A DNA stretch of 50,333 bases, counting the filler, from Jimgerdemannia flammicorona (Eukaryota): NCBI GenBank assembly GCA_003990765.1. It is 2 parts of 2 records of this genome, joined end to end, with 100 filler letters (N's around TTAATTAATTAA, not from the genome) between each part and the next. Parts side by side here need not be neighbours in the genome. Positions count along the whole stretch, not along the records: positions 25,222 to 50,333 come from RBNJ01000881.1; 1 more part is not named here. One strand, 5' to 3'. Below, one piece after another: positions 48,971-50,333 of this stretch (positions are counted from its first letter, which is position 1; the number at the start of each line of letters is the position of its first letter). The notes under the pieces were generated by a model, which searched no databases, was not told the origin of the DNA, and saw only the letters and a program-made list of their open reading frames with translations. The position numbers and the translations under genes were made by a program.

Positions 48971-50333
48971 TTTGGCACCGGTAACATTCGGGTGACACAA
49001 ACTTCAGGCAACACTTTCGACAACGTTTTCAAGTCTTGGTGTTATTAACATGGCGAGCAACACGCAATCTGGTGAGCGTACTGGACAGGGGGGCCCCAGT
49101 GCCTTCGACTGGCAGCATGTGGGGGGGGGTCAAGGCGCTGGTATTGGTATGCCGAGTGCTTCATTGAGGGGGTGCGGGGCCGGGAGTGGCGGCCGAGGAG
49201 GTGCAAGGCCACGCGGAGAGGGGAGGATGACCTTCACGGACAAGGTCAGGATGGGAAAGCAGGCGACTGGGCTGGATGGCTGGCTGGAGCTAGGGAAGGT
49301 GACTGCTACCACGAGTGGCAAGGGGTGGAGGGTCAGCATAGGGGGGCTGGAGGAGTAGGGGCTGAGGCAGTGACTGCTGATGGCGGTGTGACAGACAATC
49401 TGGAAAAAAATCCAGATGTGACGGCTGATGAGGGACCTGGACAGGGGTGTGGCACGAGGTCTGGGGACCTGGCTGATGGTGTGACGGGCCTTGTGGCGGC
49501 CCCGTTACTCAAGAAGTCTAGATCAGAATTCGCCATTACACTGTGCTTCCGTGGCTTGGCGGTGACGGCGAAGATGGTGCTAGGGTTGCTGGCGAGTGAG
49601 GTGAAGGGTGCAGCCTCGGTCAAGTTCTTGAAGAAGCTGGAGGCAGTCAAGGTGGGGTTTGAAGAGGAAGGTTTGCTACTGGAGGCGGTGGAGAAGGGTG
49701 TGGTGGTTGGGGGGATTTCGGTGCCAATGGCGAGGTGCATGCGCTGGGATCCCAGGGTAGTTCATCTGGTGGTTGCAGATTTGCCGACAGTGAAGAAGGA
49801 ACGGGCGAGGGAGCTGGTCACCGATGTGATGAAGGAATATGGGGAGGTGGTTGATATTGGCTTTAGGGTTTGGGAGGGGACAGAGCTTCGGACAGGTGAT
49901 GTGGACGTCCGGCTGCGGTTGTTTGGGATGTAGAATACTGGGAAGGCCAAGGACTGGCCGGTGGCACTGAAGTGGGGACCGGTGGAGTGCAAGGTGTCGA
50001 GAGTGAAGGGGTCGGCGGAAGATGAGGAGGACTTGCTGGAGGCGCTTGAGGACCTGGCGGGGGCGGTAGAGAGGAGGTGAAAGGCTTGGATGGCATATGA
50101 GGCTGGGACGGTAGTGGAGGTGATTGAGGGCAAGAAGGTGCGAATGGACAAGGTGCTCTGGGAGAAGGTGAAGGGACGACAGCTGCAGAAGGATTTGCTG
50201 GCCGGCTTGGATGGAGGTCTGAAGACAGGGGCTATGGCGGAGGGCACTGGAGCAAGTGCGAGCATCTGGGCGGGGCCTGGGAATCAGGAGGGGGAGGCTA
50301 AGGAGAATGGGGGACAGGGGCCGGAGGGGGTGG
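48971..50333 (+). mobile_element. LINE copy H (subfamily 2), 5' portion, least mutated copy; runs off the window
   Basis: caccggtaacattcgggtgacacaaac 5' end; ATG 49050 MASNTQSGERTGQGGPSAFDWQ; LEKNPD, LLKKSRSEF, WDPRVVHL; many CpG retained; a frameshift near 49350 and a few stops. Confidence 0.92.

Overview
Eukaryotic, probably fungal, repeat-dense DNA made of two ~25 kb segments joined by an artificial 100-nt spacer (N44-TTAATTAATTAA-N44, 25122-25221). Most of the window is eight decayed copies (A-H) of one ~5.8-5.9 kb, G-rich L1/Tx1-like non-LTR retrotransposon family. Each copy has an ~80-nt 5' UTR, an ORF1 of ~670 aa, an ORF2 of ~1220 aa (APE endonuclease, RT, CCHC finger), AATAAA and a poly(A) tail. 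The copies fall into two subfamilies, several have readable target-site duplications (TSDs), and they are nested into each other and into older elements. The left segment resolves into layers: a chromoviral Ty3/gypsy relic with a dUTPase upstream of its protease, interrupted by LINE copy A, which is itself interrupted by a 421-bp hAT-type MITE and by LINE copy B. All mobile elements carry graded C->T/G->A hypermutation (CpG and CpA contexts, RIP-like). Only a CpG-rich island at ~24670-27050 escapes it. That island holds the first exon of a prolyl oligopeptidase gene (+) and, across the spacer, an unusual ~300-bp tandem repeat whose units look like exon+intron modules on the minus strand. No intact TE ORF, RNA gene or CRISPR array is supported. 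Boundaries were read by eye and may be off by a few bases.
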